Assembly: GCA_964016885.1 (NCBI GenBank)
Contig: OZ024740.1
Coordinates: 253,580,001 to 253,644,000 of the forward strand
From: Eledone cirrhosa
Lineage: Eukaryota
Length of the DNA stretch: 64,000 nucleotides
Direction of reading: 5' to 3'
Shown here: positions 31,540-44,000 of the stretch, piece by piece
Layout of the letters: every line of letters starts with the position of its first letter
Position numbering within the stretch: position 1 is the first letter of the stretch
Notes under the pieces: model-generated
The model's input: the letters and a program-made list of their open reading frames with translations, nothing else
What the model was told of the DNA's origin: nothing
Databases searched by the model: none
Program-made: the position numbers and the translations under genes

Positions 31540-33722
31540 TTATTAAAATAACAGATTAAAGTTTAAGCAAAGAATCGCTGCTTTCACCCTTAACGGGATC
31601 TTCTGAAACTAACAAAGTCAATCTGTAAACGCAGAACTGGATATTTAAAAAAACGTTGCAACCGGAGGAAGACAGGAAAACGATACTTTGGTTCGTGGAA
31701 ACGTTCGCTGGCAAAGAACGGGAAAAAACGAATATAATACGTCATTAATAGGAGCGGTGAAAAACAATTACGCGCAAAGACAGAACCACGTTTATGGTAT
31801 AAAAGAGGTCGTAGACTAATGTTCTCTTAGGTGGTGCATAGAGACGTTCTCTGGCAATGAACGAAAAAAACGAAGATAATACGTCATATGTGGAGCGTGG
31901 AGAACAATAGCACGCAAAGCCAAAACCACGTAAATGGTATAGCAGAAGTCGTAGACTAAAATTCTAACTAGGAGACCGAATGAATCTCCGCTACAGAGTT
32001 AAGAACAAAGTAAATAAATACAATACAGAAGTAATAGAAATAAATAAATACATACACGCAAACAAATACGTACATACACAAGCATACGCAAAAACTTACC
32101 ATAGGTATACAAAACCACGCACATATAAATATGTGTGTGTGTGTATGCGTGTATACAAATAAATAAATAATTATATAAACGTATATAAATAAATAAATAC
32201 ATATATAACAAGCGCACACACATACCTCCATGTAAATACACGAATGTTCAGAGACGTAAGTCAACCAAAACATGAAGTACACATATACACACACCCTACA
32301 TACGTACGAACCTGCATACTCACACAGACGCAAAACTCCCAGCCAAACCATATGTACCAGAAAAGATAAAATTATACGCCATAACATTCAAATATACGTA
32401 CGAGAAGGTATACGTACCTCCACAAAACATACGGGTAATATATACTTACCTATGCAAATAAGTAATGGTATAAACAAAACATATACTTAGCTCCCACATC
32501 AAGACGTAAAATATCCACGTATAGATCGTACTATCCGTTAGGGTATAACGTGGGCTGTAATACAGGAAAGTTTTGTGCAATTTATGTTTACAAGCCGAAA
32601 TTGCCTCAGATTTTTTGTTTAAGATGTGGTCTGTGGCGTAGAGTATTTCCAAGGCCTCAGCGGCGCAGAGGTCACATGGTCTTTTATTTCCGTTATACGA
32701 TCTAGCCCTAGCGAGGATCTCCCAGTGTAACTTATATTGGGTGTGGTTGTCTTTTAGACTCCAGATATAAGCTGAAAGTGACGTCGTATTCCTTCTTAGA
32801 GGGTAACGAAAAGAATGGGTATGCACGTAAAGACGCTGCTTGAATCTATTGGCGGTTAACCCTATGTAGGCCCTACGGGATGTGGGTGTTACAACCTTAC
32901 ATTTGTAGACAATGTTACTAGAGAGGCATTTCCCGGATAGGGGGCAATCAACCCGATTCCTACAATTACAGTTAGTACTAACTACAGGGTTGCACGTGTT
33001 CCTACGGCTAGGTAGTTTAGCTAGATTTGAGGCTGTGATGTTATGTGCAAGGTTAGGAGTCGTAGAGTAAGAAATTTTAATAGTATTTCTATTAAAAATT
33101 TTACTATATTTATGTGTAGGGGGAAAATGCTTCGTAATAAGGGAAAGAAAGATCTTAGCTAATGGTGTGGCCACCTCCATATTATATGGTGGGTTATACC
33201 AACAAATGCGACGGGATCTATTTCTTCTAGGTCCATTTTCGTACTCCGAATATGCTACCTTATCGACAAATCCACTTCGAGCAAGAGCTTCATTGTAATA
33301 AGTGGAATGGTCGTTGAAAATGCGCTCGTTGGTGGAAAGACGGGAAAGCCTCAACGAAACGTTTCTTACCAGGTTCTTGGTTATGCTGGCAGGATGGTTG
33401 GAATGCTTACTTATGTAATTAAGCGTATCATTCGGCTTTCTATACAGGTAATACAACCCATTCAATAAATTGAGGGTAACGTCGAGGTAATTAACGACCG
33501 AGAGATTGGCCTCAACCTGTATAGAGAGGTTGAAGCCTTTAAAGAAGGCGGTGAGTTCTTTTCTGAACCTGTCGCAAGCACGAGGTCCACACTTAGTCAT
33601 GGTCAAAAGACCATCGTCACGGTACAAACCACCGCCCGCGTTGGGGAATTTGTCCTTGATAGAGAAAAGAAGGAAAAGGCCGATAAGATCAGTAACCTCC
33701 GCAGAATCACTGGCGTACATAA
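31540..33722 (-). mobile_element. 5'-truncated Penelope-like element (YRDD type; ORF 32446-33738, RT C-half and GIY-YIG)
   Basis: GGGLYRDDG, YLDV, SNHP, CNCRNRVDCPLSGKC, IVY...YIG and CDLC motifs. Confidence 0.9.
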
Positions 33723-34206
33723 AATATGTTAACTTCACTTTATTCTTATCACTTATTTTTTAGTGTCAAAACTTTCTTCACACTGCTTGTCAAATTAGAC
33801 CAATGGAAACAATGGTTTCATTGGTCCTTCATTGATGATATTATCAGTTAGTCATAGGTCCTGGTAGAAGGAACCAAATGTCAGATCAGACCAAAGAAAC
33901 AATATTTCCTTCGGTCTTTTCATTGATGATATTATTGGTTGGTCACAAGTCCAGGCAGAAGGAGGCAGAATGCACAATTCTGGATTAGATACCAAAAAGC
34001 ATCTTTCACAATTTTATCAAACTACTGTCCCTGGGTAGGTACTTTATTTATTGACACCCTAAAGGATGAAAGGTAAAGTTGACTTGAATGGATTTGAACT
34101 CAGAGCACAGTGAGCCGGAACAAATACACAGACATTTAATTTGATTCCCTAAAGACTTTTTCAATTAATTAAAAAACTTGCTTAAGAGATGAAGCTGCAA
34201 AGCTAC

Positions 34207-34281
34207 CTGAGCATATGCCATGAGGTCCTCTCTTCCTTTAAACCTGTTATAGAACTCAGGCATCCTCCATGGTGCAACAAT
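34207..34281 (-). CDS. ASS1: Argininosuccinate synthase exon ([25 protein letters not shown])
   Basis: Hallmark APWR...F...GR motif; TTTTAG acceptor and GT donor; 75 nt, phase 0/0, in frame with the preceding exon. Confidence 0.95.
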
Positions 34282-35050
34282 CTAAAACAAATAAAAAGCA
34301 AATCAGAAATAAAAAAGTTTCTTTTTATTAGGGAGAGAGTCTTTCTTAATGTGACTGATTGGTGAAATCATTTGAATCAAGCCCCAGTAAATTACTAGTA
34401 CTAATCATCTCCAAAGAAATTGGTAAATGCTGCTGCTAACATTACTGCACAACAATATTGAGTTTGAGTTCTCTTTAGTCTTGTCATATTCAAGGCTGGT
34501 ATCACTAGTGCTGGTGCCATGATATAATATCCCCAGTACTCTGTATAAAGTAAAGACAAAGTAGGGTCAAAAGAACTCTTTAGTCCTGGCAAAGAAATAA
34601 CAACCTTACTAATGCTGGTGTTGCCATAAAATGCAGCCAATCATCATTTAATATCCTTTGCTAGGAAGGGTTGAATGGTTCATCACAAACCAAGTCAGTA
34701 TTCAAGAAGAGCTACTGACCACTGGGATAGGCTGGAATGTAGAGGTTGTCATGTCATTGACACAACTGGAGTGTCGTTCCAACCCTTTTTGGCATGATTT
34801 CCACAGCATGATGCTCTTCCTTTCCCCCAAACCCCTTACAGTGTGTCCTGGGAGCATTTTTCAAGGCACGAGCACTAGAGAGGTTGTTGGTAGACCTGGA
34901 GCTTTGATAGACAGTGTTATGCTGTAAGACTGAACCAGGAAAAGTATGATTGCAAAATGAACATTTTAACCAAATGGCCATTCCTGCACCCCTTCCACGA
35001 AAGACATGTTAAATCCTCCAAATCAGAATGTCAGTAGAACAACAACTTAC

Positions 35051-35171
35051 CTCAACTGTCGGATAGAGGGCATATGATGCAAGTTCAAAACGTATTTGGT
35101 CATTTCCTTTGCCAGTTGCACCATGGGAAATATATTTAGCACTTTCTGCTTTAGCAACATCAACCATTGCC
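35051..35171 (-). CDS. ASS1: Argininosuccinate synthase exon ([40 protein letters not shown])
   Basis: [13 protein letters not shown] signature; TTTCCAG acceptor and GTAAG donor; the first G completes the AA|G Lys codon from the previous exon. Confidence 0.96.
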
Positions 35172-35271
35172 CTGGAAATACATAAATAGAGAGAGATAGA
35201 AATAGAGATAGGGGGATAGGAGATAGATAGATGGAGATAGTTAGAGATAGATAGATAGATAGATAGATAGA

Positions 35272-38200
35272 TTTCTTTATTTGCCACAAAGGCGCACAAG
35301 CAAAGGGGACAATACAAAGTCATGCCGGGGATTTTACATACAGTCGTGTAAAAAATATAAAACAAACAATTACAACAATCAAAATCCCCAATAGGGGGGA
35401 AGGGCCACAAATGGCTTGTTTAATACCCCGTCGATAGAACAACCCTCAACTCCAGGAGCATGTTGTGCAAGTGCTCCTTCCTTCCTTTTACTTTCTTCTT
35501 TAACCTACAGGCTTATAAACAGAGAAGGCCCAATCACTCGGGCCATATCGCTTCATTCACCCACCTTTCAGTAAATTTACTGGAGTGCAGTGCCTCTCTC
35601 CCCACTCTGATTCTCCTTCTAAAGTGATACTTAAATAAGGGAATCAATTGTTGTCCGGAGAGAAAGGCATCTGTCCTCAGTCCTCTCAATCTCGTCCACC
35701 ATATAACCTCTTTCACCATAGCCACTGTACAGATGAAAACCGCCTCTCTTTCGTTATTGAAAGAGGCTGACGGTTTGATCCTTACTATGGACTCGGCAGT
35801 CATCTGGATTTGTCCCATACGCGACAGCAGTTGTTCTGCATAGTTCCACAGGTCGGTTACGCCCGGGCAGTGTACAATTGCGTGCAGGACGGTTTCAATG
35901 TCCTGCGCGCATCTTGAACACGTCCTCTTGGAAGGATCCCTGCCAGGGCGTCCGTGCCTATAGATCTTGTCACGAACCGGTAGAGCTCCTCGGTAGCACT
36001 GCCAGGCCAGGGACCTCTGGAAGTTGTCCATAGGTACCGGGCGGAAAGTCCTACCAAACAGACTGGTGAGCTCATCGTCTTCGATGCCCAGAGTCTCTCC
36101 AAGCATGTCATTGCCCTTGTAACGTACAGTCCCTCTATAGAATGTTGAAGTGGAGTCTCCACTGATTGCTGTGCCCGCTTGCCAGAGGACTGTGAGCGCC
36201 TGGGCGCATTCAATGTGCCAGACGCCCATCATTTTCGGTCTTTTTTTTACCCAGGACTGCAGCTCCGTCAGCGAGACCAGCTGCAGGAAAGCCTGTCTCA
36301 CAAACGATGCCCACACCTGTTGGGGGTCGGTGAGGAATACCTGGAGATGCCGCAGCCTCAGCGCATGTTTGCGCATCATCAGCCACGGCATTCCCAGCCC
36401 TCCGTTGGAAGGGTGCTGACAGCAGACGGTTCTCCTCACCGGTGGAGCCTGCTTCTTCCACAGAAACTGGAAGAGCTTGCGTTCCATCTTGGCGAGGTGT
36501 TCACGAGGACAAGGCACGACAGTCAAGCAGTAGTAGATGTTATGAAAGTGTTATGAAAGTGTTCGCCACCTCCGCTCGACCTTTCTAGGACAGTTTTCAC
36601 TCTGCCCACTTCTGGATGAGTGCAAACACCTTGGCCGTGACCTCGTTCCAGTTTTTCTACACCTGGAGGTCTGGACCGAACCAGACCCCGAGCAATTTCA
36701 CCGGTCTGTCCGTCCAGTGTCCAACGACGCTGTCGGATGTCATCGGTTTGCCCCTCCTCGTAACGAGTTGCAAACCGACAGACTTGTCTGGATTTAGTTT
36801 TGCTCCCGTCAGCGTTTCGTATTCTTTCAGTAAGTTGCCGATCACCCCGATTTCCGAGGTGCTCGACACCGTTACCGTCAAGTCGTCAGCATAAGCCAAC
36901 GTTGCTTTGCGTAGTTCCGGTTCTAGAGGGATGCCCTGCAACAGCTCCAATTTCCGCAGTAGTAGCTCTAGAGTCAATACATACAGAATGGAGGTGAGAG
37001 GGCACCCCTGTCGAATGGAACGCGTGATTGCGAACGGCTCCGATAGGTAGCCATTCACCTTGACCCTTGAGCAGATGCTGGTGTGCATCGCCTCGATCCA
37101 GCCTCTGAAAACGGGACCGAAACCGGCTGCCTTGAGAACCGCTTCCAAGTATCGATGGTCGACCCTATCGAATGCCTTAGACTGATCCAAATTGATCAGA
37201 GCCCCACCAAAGCCGGGTTTACTACCCACCCTCTCTATGATGTATCGCATGAGGTGGAGGTTGTCGTGTAGAGACCTGGTCGAGATTGCACACGTTTGAG
37301 CTTTCCCTACCAGGTTCTCGGCAACAACCGCCAACCTCATCGTTAGCACCTTGGCCAAAATCTTTAACTCTGTGTTGAGCAGAGTTATGGGCCTGAAGTT
37401 GTTAATTTTGTCCCCCTTGTTCTCGTCTTTCCTCATGAGCGTTACTACGCCCTTGCCTGCAGAACTGGGAATTTTCCCGTTCTGCTGCCAATTGCAGTAG
37501 ACGGCTTCGAGGACGCCAGAGAACAAGTCCGGCATGCCTATGTAAAACTCATAGGGTAGACCATCTAGACCAGGTGACTTGCGTTTCCTGCAGCGGCCCA
37601 GAGCGTCCTGTATCTCAGTGTCCGTGATCGGTCTTTCACAGAACTCGGCGTCCGTGTTCGAGAGACGCGGCAGGCCATCGAGGTATGAACTAAAGTCCAT
37701 TGCTCCGTTCGGCTCATCGTCGTTCTGCTCAAACAGTCGAGCAAAGTGCTGCTGAAAGGCTGCACACATTTGCTTGGGGTCAAGTAGCACGCGTCCCTTT
37801 TGGTCTTTCAAAGACCGAATCGTGGACTTGTTGCCACTTTTTGCCGCCGCCACTCGGGCCCAGCCGACAGCTTTCGCTCCTTCGTTTCCTAGAACACGTG
37901 TTTTGCTTCTGACCACGCAGCCTTTGTGTTTCGCATCGAAGAACTGGGCAGTGCCCTTCTCGACGCTAACACTCTAGCCGCGTTGCCACTTTTAAGTGCC
38001 TCCTCTACCTTGGCTACTAGTTCTCTTTCTATTTTGTTTTTCTCTAAGGCTAACTCTCTGCTAAACCTTATCGATTCTATTCTAATTGCTTTCTTGAGAG
38101 AGTACCACCATCTATTGTTGACGATGGCTCTCGTTAACTGTTGCTTGACTAGTCTACTTATCCGTTCAGGCAACGACACGTTCAGCTTCCAGTATCCGGG

Positions 38201-40980
38201 TCCTTGTTTATGTGTTCTATCACGGTTGACTAAGCAGACGACTAATTTGTGATCTGAATAGACAACCATGTGCATTCGTGGACAGCTAAACATCTCCTTA
38301 TCCCTTTCTCTAATGAAGAACCTATCTAAATACAATCTAGATGTCCCGTTGCAGTTTGCCCACGTCCACTGTGGTGCAGTCGGGAAATCCAGTCGATACC
38401 TATCGGCCAGTTGGAATTGGCCGATTAAAGTTTTGAGGCTGTTGCACCCCCCTCTTCTGGGACATGCTCCCACATAGTCCCATCGTGCATCTAGGATACC
38501 ATTCCAGTCCCCCACTAAAAGTAATGAGCGAGACATTCCCAGAAAAGACTCTAGACGCTTAAAGAAGTCTGGCCGTGATTGCGATTGCCCGGTCGGGGCA
38601 TAAACGGCCACCAGTCTGAAGGCTCCACCTCCAATACTGTTCACGTCTAGGACTACCAGTCTACCCTCCGGGTCCAAGTGTACTTACTGTACTTCGACGT
38701 CCAGGTTCTTCCGAAACTTGACAGCCACTCCACCTCCTGGCTGACAGAGAGATGCATAGATCTCAAAGTCTTCGAAGATGGGGGTTAGTTGCTGCCTGTT
38801 GTGGATCCTGGACTCGGTGATGGCTATCACATCCATACCGTGTGACCTAAGGTCGTTTAAAAGTTGGGCCTGTTTCCAGGGCATCCCTAGGCCACGCACA
38901 TTCACGCTTACAACTCGTAAACCAGCCATGTTGGTGAAGAAGAGTTGGAGAAAAAGGACAAAAGGTGCACTTACCTTTTCGTTTCCTGGAGATCGGGTTG
39001 TTCAATCTCCATTTGGGTGCTGGATGGGGTGTTGGGTGGTGTGAGGAAACATTTTAACAGGACGCGGTTGATGGGTTTCTGGCAGGGGTTGCCCACGTCC
39101 TGTGAAAATTTATTTTTCAGGTCATTATATGTTTCCATAGAAACCCTTATAAGTTTAAGGTGTGGAGACGATTCTGCCTTGACGAAAGTTTTGCCCTCCA
39201 TCTCCACCTTGGGGTTTTGGGAGATGACCTCCATCAAACTCTTATTGTTTATGTTGATGTATGCGTATTATTGTTTGTGTTTTTGTTGTGTTGTTTTAGT
39301 TTGTTGTTCATCCGGGAGTTTTCTTTTTATGGTGGGTGCTTGTGTTTGGGGTGGTGTTGGTGTTGGTTTTGCTGATAGGGGGATGTTTGACTGTGGTGTT
39401 GTTTGTGTCTGTGATTGTGTCTTGGTGTTGGTGATTGGAGTTTTGGGGGTTTTGTGGTGTCTCTTTTTTTGTTTTTTAGATATCCGCAGCTCTCCCTCTT
39501 CTTCACTTAAAGAAGGAGAAGCAGCCTCATCTGTCGATGAATAATAATCGTCAGGAGTGTGGGGTAGGGGTATGTTGTGTGGTGGTGGTGTTTTGGTGTG
39601 TGTGTTTGTGGTAGTGTTTGATGGAGTGGGATGGGGTAGGGCTATGTTCTTCAGGGGTGTTGTCTCTGTTTTTTCTGTCGTTGTTGGTTGAGTGGCTGTT
39701 TGTTTTGGTGTGTTTGCTCATTTGGTCTGTTGTTGTTGTGGTGGTGGTGGTGGTGATTGTTTTGGTGTTGGTGTTGGTCAAAGTACTTTTTTTTAAAGAT
39801 TTATTTGTAAAGGGCATGAGGCTTTTTTAGGTGTGATGTGCTTGCACATCGAAAACAGTGTGGCTTTCTACCCCCAGTTATAATGTTGATGTAGTTCTGG
39901 TTGTCGACCAGCACTCTTTCGGGGATTTTGGAAATTCTTTCTGGTGTCATTTGTATCAGAATTTCCAAATTTGTCCTGCCCATCTTTGTCTGGTCGATTT
40001 CCTGACCGAAAGAATTGTATTACTTTCTGGCTCTATAAAACCTGCTAAGATCCACCAAATGTTGATGTCTGGTCGTATATTATTTATTTTAATTTTTTGA
40101 GTTCTTTTTCCCATGTAAGTAGGGAAAAAGGTGTGCTTTTGTGATTACTAGTGTAACAGAATGCTTTTGTGCGAGGGCCTCGCTTGTAAAAAGTACCGAA
40201 ACACTTCCACATAGTCTGACCCTCTACATAAACTCAATGTCCGGCAGAGCCTCTTTCAGGGTTGTTTCAATTTCTCCTTGACTGAGGAATACCGGTTTTT
40301 TCGTTTGATTTGAAACAGTTCAGAAGGTTACTGCCCTTCGAACTGTTTCTCGTTTAATTTGCAAGGGTGAGTTTATATGAAACCCACCCTTTTCTTCAAA
40401 GGTTATGAATTGTTTTGCATCGGTCAACATTTGTTTGGAGTTGCTTATGTCGATGTGTTTGTACTCTGTTTTATTTATCACAGTCTGTGCAAATGTTGTT
40501 TTTTCAATTTTGTTGTTGTTGTTGGTTTTTTCGTTTGTAGTTGTGTCAATTGTTTCTGCATTTTCTGTATTTTTTGGGCATCTTTTGTATTTCTGTATTT
40601 TTTAGGCATCTTTTGTTGTGTAAATATCCATTTCTTTACGAAACGAAGTTTTGTTGTTGACAGTCGTATCTATGATGACGTCCATAGTAGCAGAAGCAGA
40701 TATAACGTTAAAATCTGCCTCTTTCTCTCTATTTTCTCTGTTTACATTCTCCAGCGTTCTTTCCGTGTTATTCATGTTTTATAGTTGGCAAAATTGGATA
40801 TTTTAAAACAATTTTAAATTAAATTTTTGCCCCTAAAGGGGCAAAAAATGGGATCACCACCCAGCTGACAATTCAGCTTGGAGGTTACTCTACAAAATAA
40901 TATGTTTTTTCAAACAATTTGTTGTTTTTCGTATATAAATTTACAAAAAATCTTACCGGCGATGTTCCACGCATCAGGCA
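35272..40980 (-). mobile_element. Full-length but disrupted L1/Tx1-like non-LTR element 1
   Basis: ORF1 remnants with a zinc knuckle (CFRCASTSHL). ORF2 starts at 38929 with APE (NVRGL, GDWN, SDH), RT (QGCPL, YADD) and C-terminal CxxC...HxxxxC. AATAAA at the 3' end; microsatellite flanks. Confidence 0.93.
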
Positions 40981-41012
40981 GAGAGAGAGAGAGAGAGAGA
41001 TAGATAGATAGA

Positions 41013-44000
41013 TATGTTTCTTTTATTTGCCACCAGGGCATCAAAAGTGGGACAAGTACAAAGGGGGGAGTTTACACAAAAAGGCGTCCTCAATAAGGAG
41101 GAGGCAATAACAATATATAAAAATAAAATAAAATATAACAAAAAATAAAATTTGTAACAAAATCCTCAATAGAGAGGAGGCGCCTTGGGGGGTCGCACAC
41201 ACCCCCGAAAAAAGTGTGCAACCCTTTTCCTCAGGAGCACAGAGAGGGGGTGCTCCCTCGTTCCTTCCTCTTTTCCACCTACAGGCTTATGTAAAGAGAA
41301 GGCCCATTCACACGGGCCATTCTCGCCACTTTCACCCACCTTTCATAAAAACGACTGGGGTGGAGCACCTCTCTCTCCATCCTGATCCTTCTTCCGAAAT
41401 GATATCGGAAGAAACGGACCAGTTGTTGGCCAGAGAGAAAGGTGCCTGACCTCAGTCCTTTCAGACGCGTCCACCATACAACTTCTTTCGCCATGGCTAT
41501 TATGCACAGAAACACCGCCTCTCCTTCATCTTTGAAGGGGGGAGGCGGCTTGATCATTACAATAGACTCGGTGGTCAACCAGATCGGTCCCACCCTTGAC
41601 AGCAGTTGTTCGACATAGCCCCACAGATCGGCTACGCCCGAGCAGTGTACCAATGCGTGTGCAACAGTTTCCTCGTCGCACACGCATCTGGGACAGATCT
41701 TTTTGGTGGGGTCCCTACCCGGGCGCCCGTGTCTGTAGAGCTTTTCTCGAACGGGCAGAGCCCCTCGGTAGCACTGCCAGGCCAGGGACTTCTGGAAGTT
41801 GTCCATAGGTCCCGGGCTGAATGTCCTACCGAACAGGCTGGCCAGTTCGTCCTCCTCCATGTCTAGGGCTTCTCCGGGGGCATCGTAGCCTTAATGCGTG
41901 TTTACGCATCATTAGCCCTCCTTTCGAAGGGTGTTGACAGCAGATGGATCTCCTCACCATAGGAGCCCGCCTCTTCCAAAGGAGTTGGAAGAGCGGGCGC
42001 TCCATCTTGGCGAGGGTTTCCCTTGGACAGGGCACTACGGTCAGGCGGTAGTAGATGACGGACGCTATATAGGTGTTCGCCACCTCCGCCCGACCTTTCA
42101 GGGATAGTTTGCAACTGGCCCACTTCTGGGTCAGTGCAAACACCCTGTTCGTAACCTCCGCCCAGTTCTTCTCCACCTGGAGGTCCGGTCCGAACCAGAC
42201 CCCGAGCAACTTCACCGGGCCCTCCATCCAGCGTCCGACGACGCCATCGGAGGGCATCTGTCTGCCCCTGCACGTGCCGAGTTGCAAACCGATCGACTTG
42301 TCCCGGTTCAGCTTACCCCCTGTGAACCTTTCGTACTCCTCCAGTAAGGTGCCGACCGCTTCGATTTCGGAGGCCGTCGACACCATTACTGTCACGTCAT
42401 CGGCGTAGGCCGACACCGCTTTCCGCAATCCTGGTTCCAAAGGGATGCCCTGCAACAACTCCAACTTCCGCAGTAGTGGCTCGAGAGTCAACACATACAG
42501 AAGGAAGAGAGGGCACCCTTGTCGGATGGACCGCGCAATTTTGAACGGCTCCGAAAGGTAGCCGTTCACCTTGACCCTAGAGCAGATGCGGTCGCTGTGC
42601 ATAGCAGTGATCCAGCCCCTGAAAACGGGTCCGAAGCCTGCCGCCGCTAGCACCGCATCCAGGTAACCATGGTCGACCCTATCGAACGCCTTAGATTGAT
42701 CCAAGTTGATCAGAGCCCCACCAAAGCCGGGTTCGTTCCCAACCCTCTCTATGATGTATCGCATGAGGTGGAGGTTGTCATGGATGGACCTGGACGGGAT
42801 AGCGCATGTCTGCGCATCTCCCACCAGGTTGCCCACGACAAGCGCCAAGCTCTTTGCTAGCACCTTGGCCAAAATCTGTAACTCTGTATTTAGCAGAGTT
42901 ATGGGCCTGAAGTTACTTATTTCGTCACCCTTGTTCTCGTCCTTCCTCACTAGCGTGACTACGCCCTTGGTCACAGTACAGGGAATTCTCCCGTTCTGTT
43001 GCCAGTTGCAGTAGACCGCCTCGAGGAGATCGGGGAACAAGTCCGGCATAGCTAGATATAATTCGTAAGGAAGACCATCGAGACCCGGGGATTTGCGTTT
43101 GCCGCATTGGCTCAGCACGTCCTCTATCTCAGCGGCCGAAATCGGCTCCTCGCAGGACTTCGCCTCCCTGTCCGAGAGACGCGGCAGGCCGTCGAGGTAT
43201 GGACCAAAGTCCACGTTCCCAACCGGCTCCCCGCCCCTCCCAAACAGTCGGGCAAAGTGCCTTTGAAAGGCCTCACACATCTGCTTAGGCTCAAGAATCG
43301 CCCGTCCATCCAGGTCTCGCAAAGACCGGATGGTGGATTTAGTTCCACTGTTGGCCTCTGTCACGCGGGCCCAGCTAACAGCTTTGGTCCCCTCGTTCCC
43401 TAGAGCACGTATTTTACTTCGGACAACGCAGCCTTCGTGCTTCGCGTCGAAAAACTGGCTCAAAGCCGTTCTCGACGCTAGCACTCTGGCCACGTCGCCG
43501 CTTCTAATTGCCTCTTCTACTCTATCTATTAGCTCCCTTTCCTTCCTATTCCTATCCGCAGCTAGAACCTTACTAAATTCTATCGAGACTACTCTAATCT
43601 CTCTCTTTAGAGATACCCACCACCTGCTGTTGACGATCGCTCCAGTCAACCATTCCTTAACTAACGTACTAATCCGATCCCTGTAAGCTCCACTTGCCGG
43701 CAAGGACAAGTTGAGCTTCCAGTAACCGGGGCCCTGTCTATGCGTTCTATCAAGGTTGACCATGCAGGTCACCAACTTGTGGTCTGAATAGCCAACCATG
43801 AGCATTTCTGGACAACTTAAAAAGTCCCTGTCCTTATTTCTAACTAAAAATCTATCTAGGTACGACCTAGATGATCCGCTGCGATTTGACTAAGACCAGG
43901 TTGGCACCGTCGGAAAATCTAGTCGAAATCTATCGGCCAAGTCAAATCGGCCGAGTAACCCCTTGAGGCTGTTGCACCCCTCTCTATCGGGACATGCCCC

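Noticed and set aside
31570-31612. Hammerhead-like motif on the minus strand at the end of the 31540-33722 element
   Set aside because: The core reads CAGAAGA, there is no NUH triplet, and stem I is poor; at most a decayed remnant.
35172-35185. Apparent extension of the ASS1 exon (CISR) suggesting an exon split by the Tx1 insertion
   Set aside because: The upstream exon already encodes PCIA and ends in phase 2. TTTCCAG is simply the acceptor.
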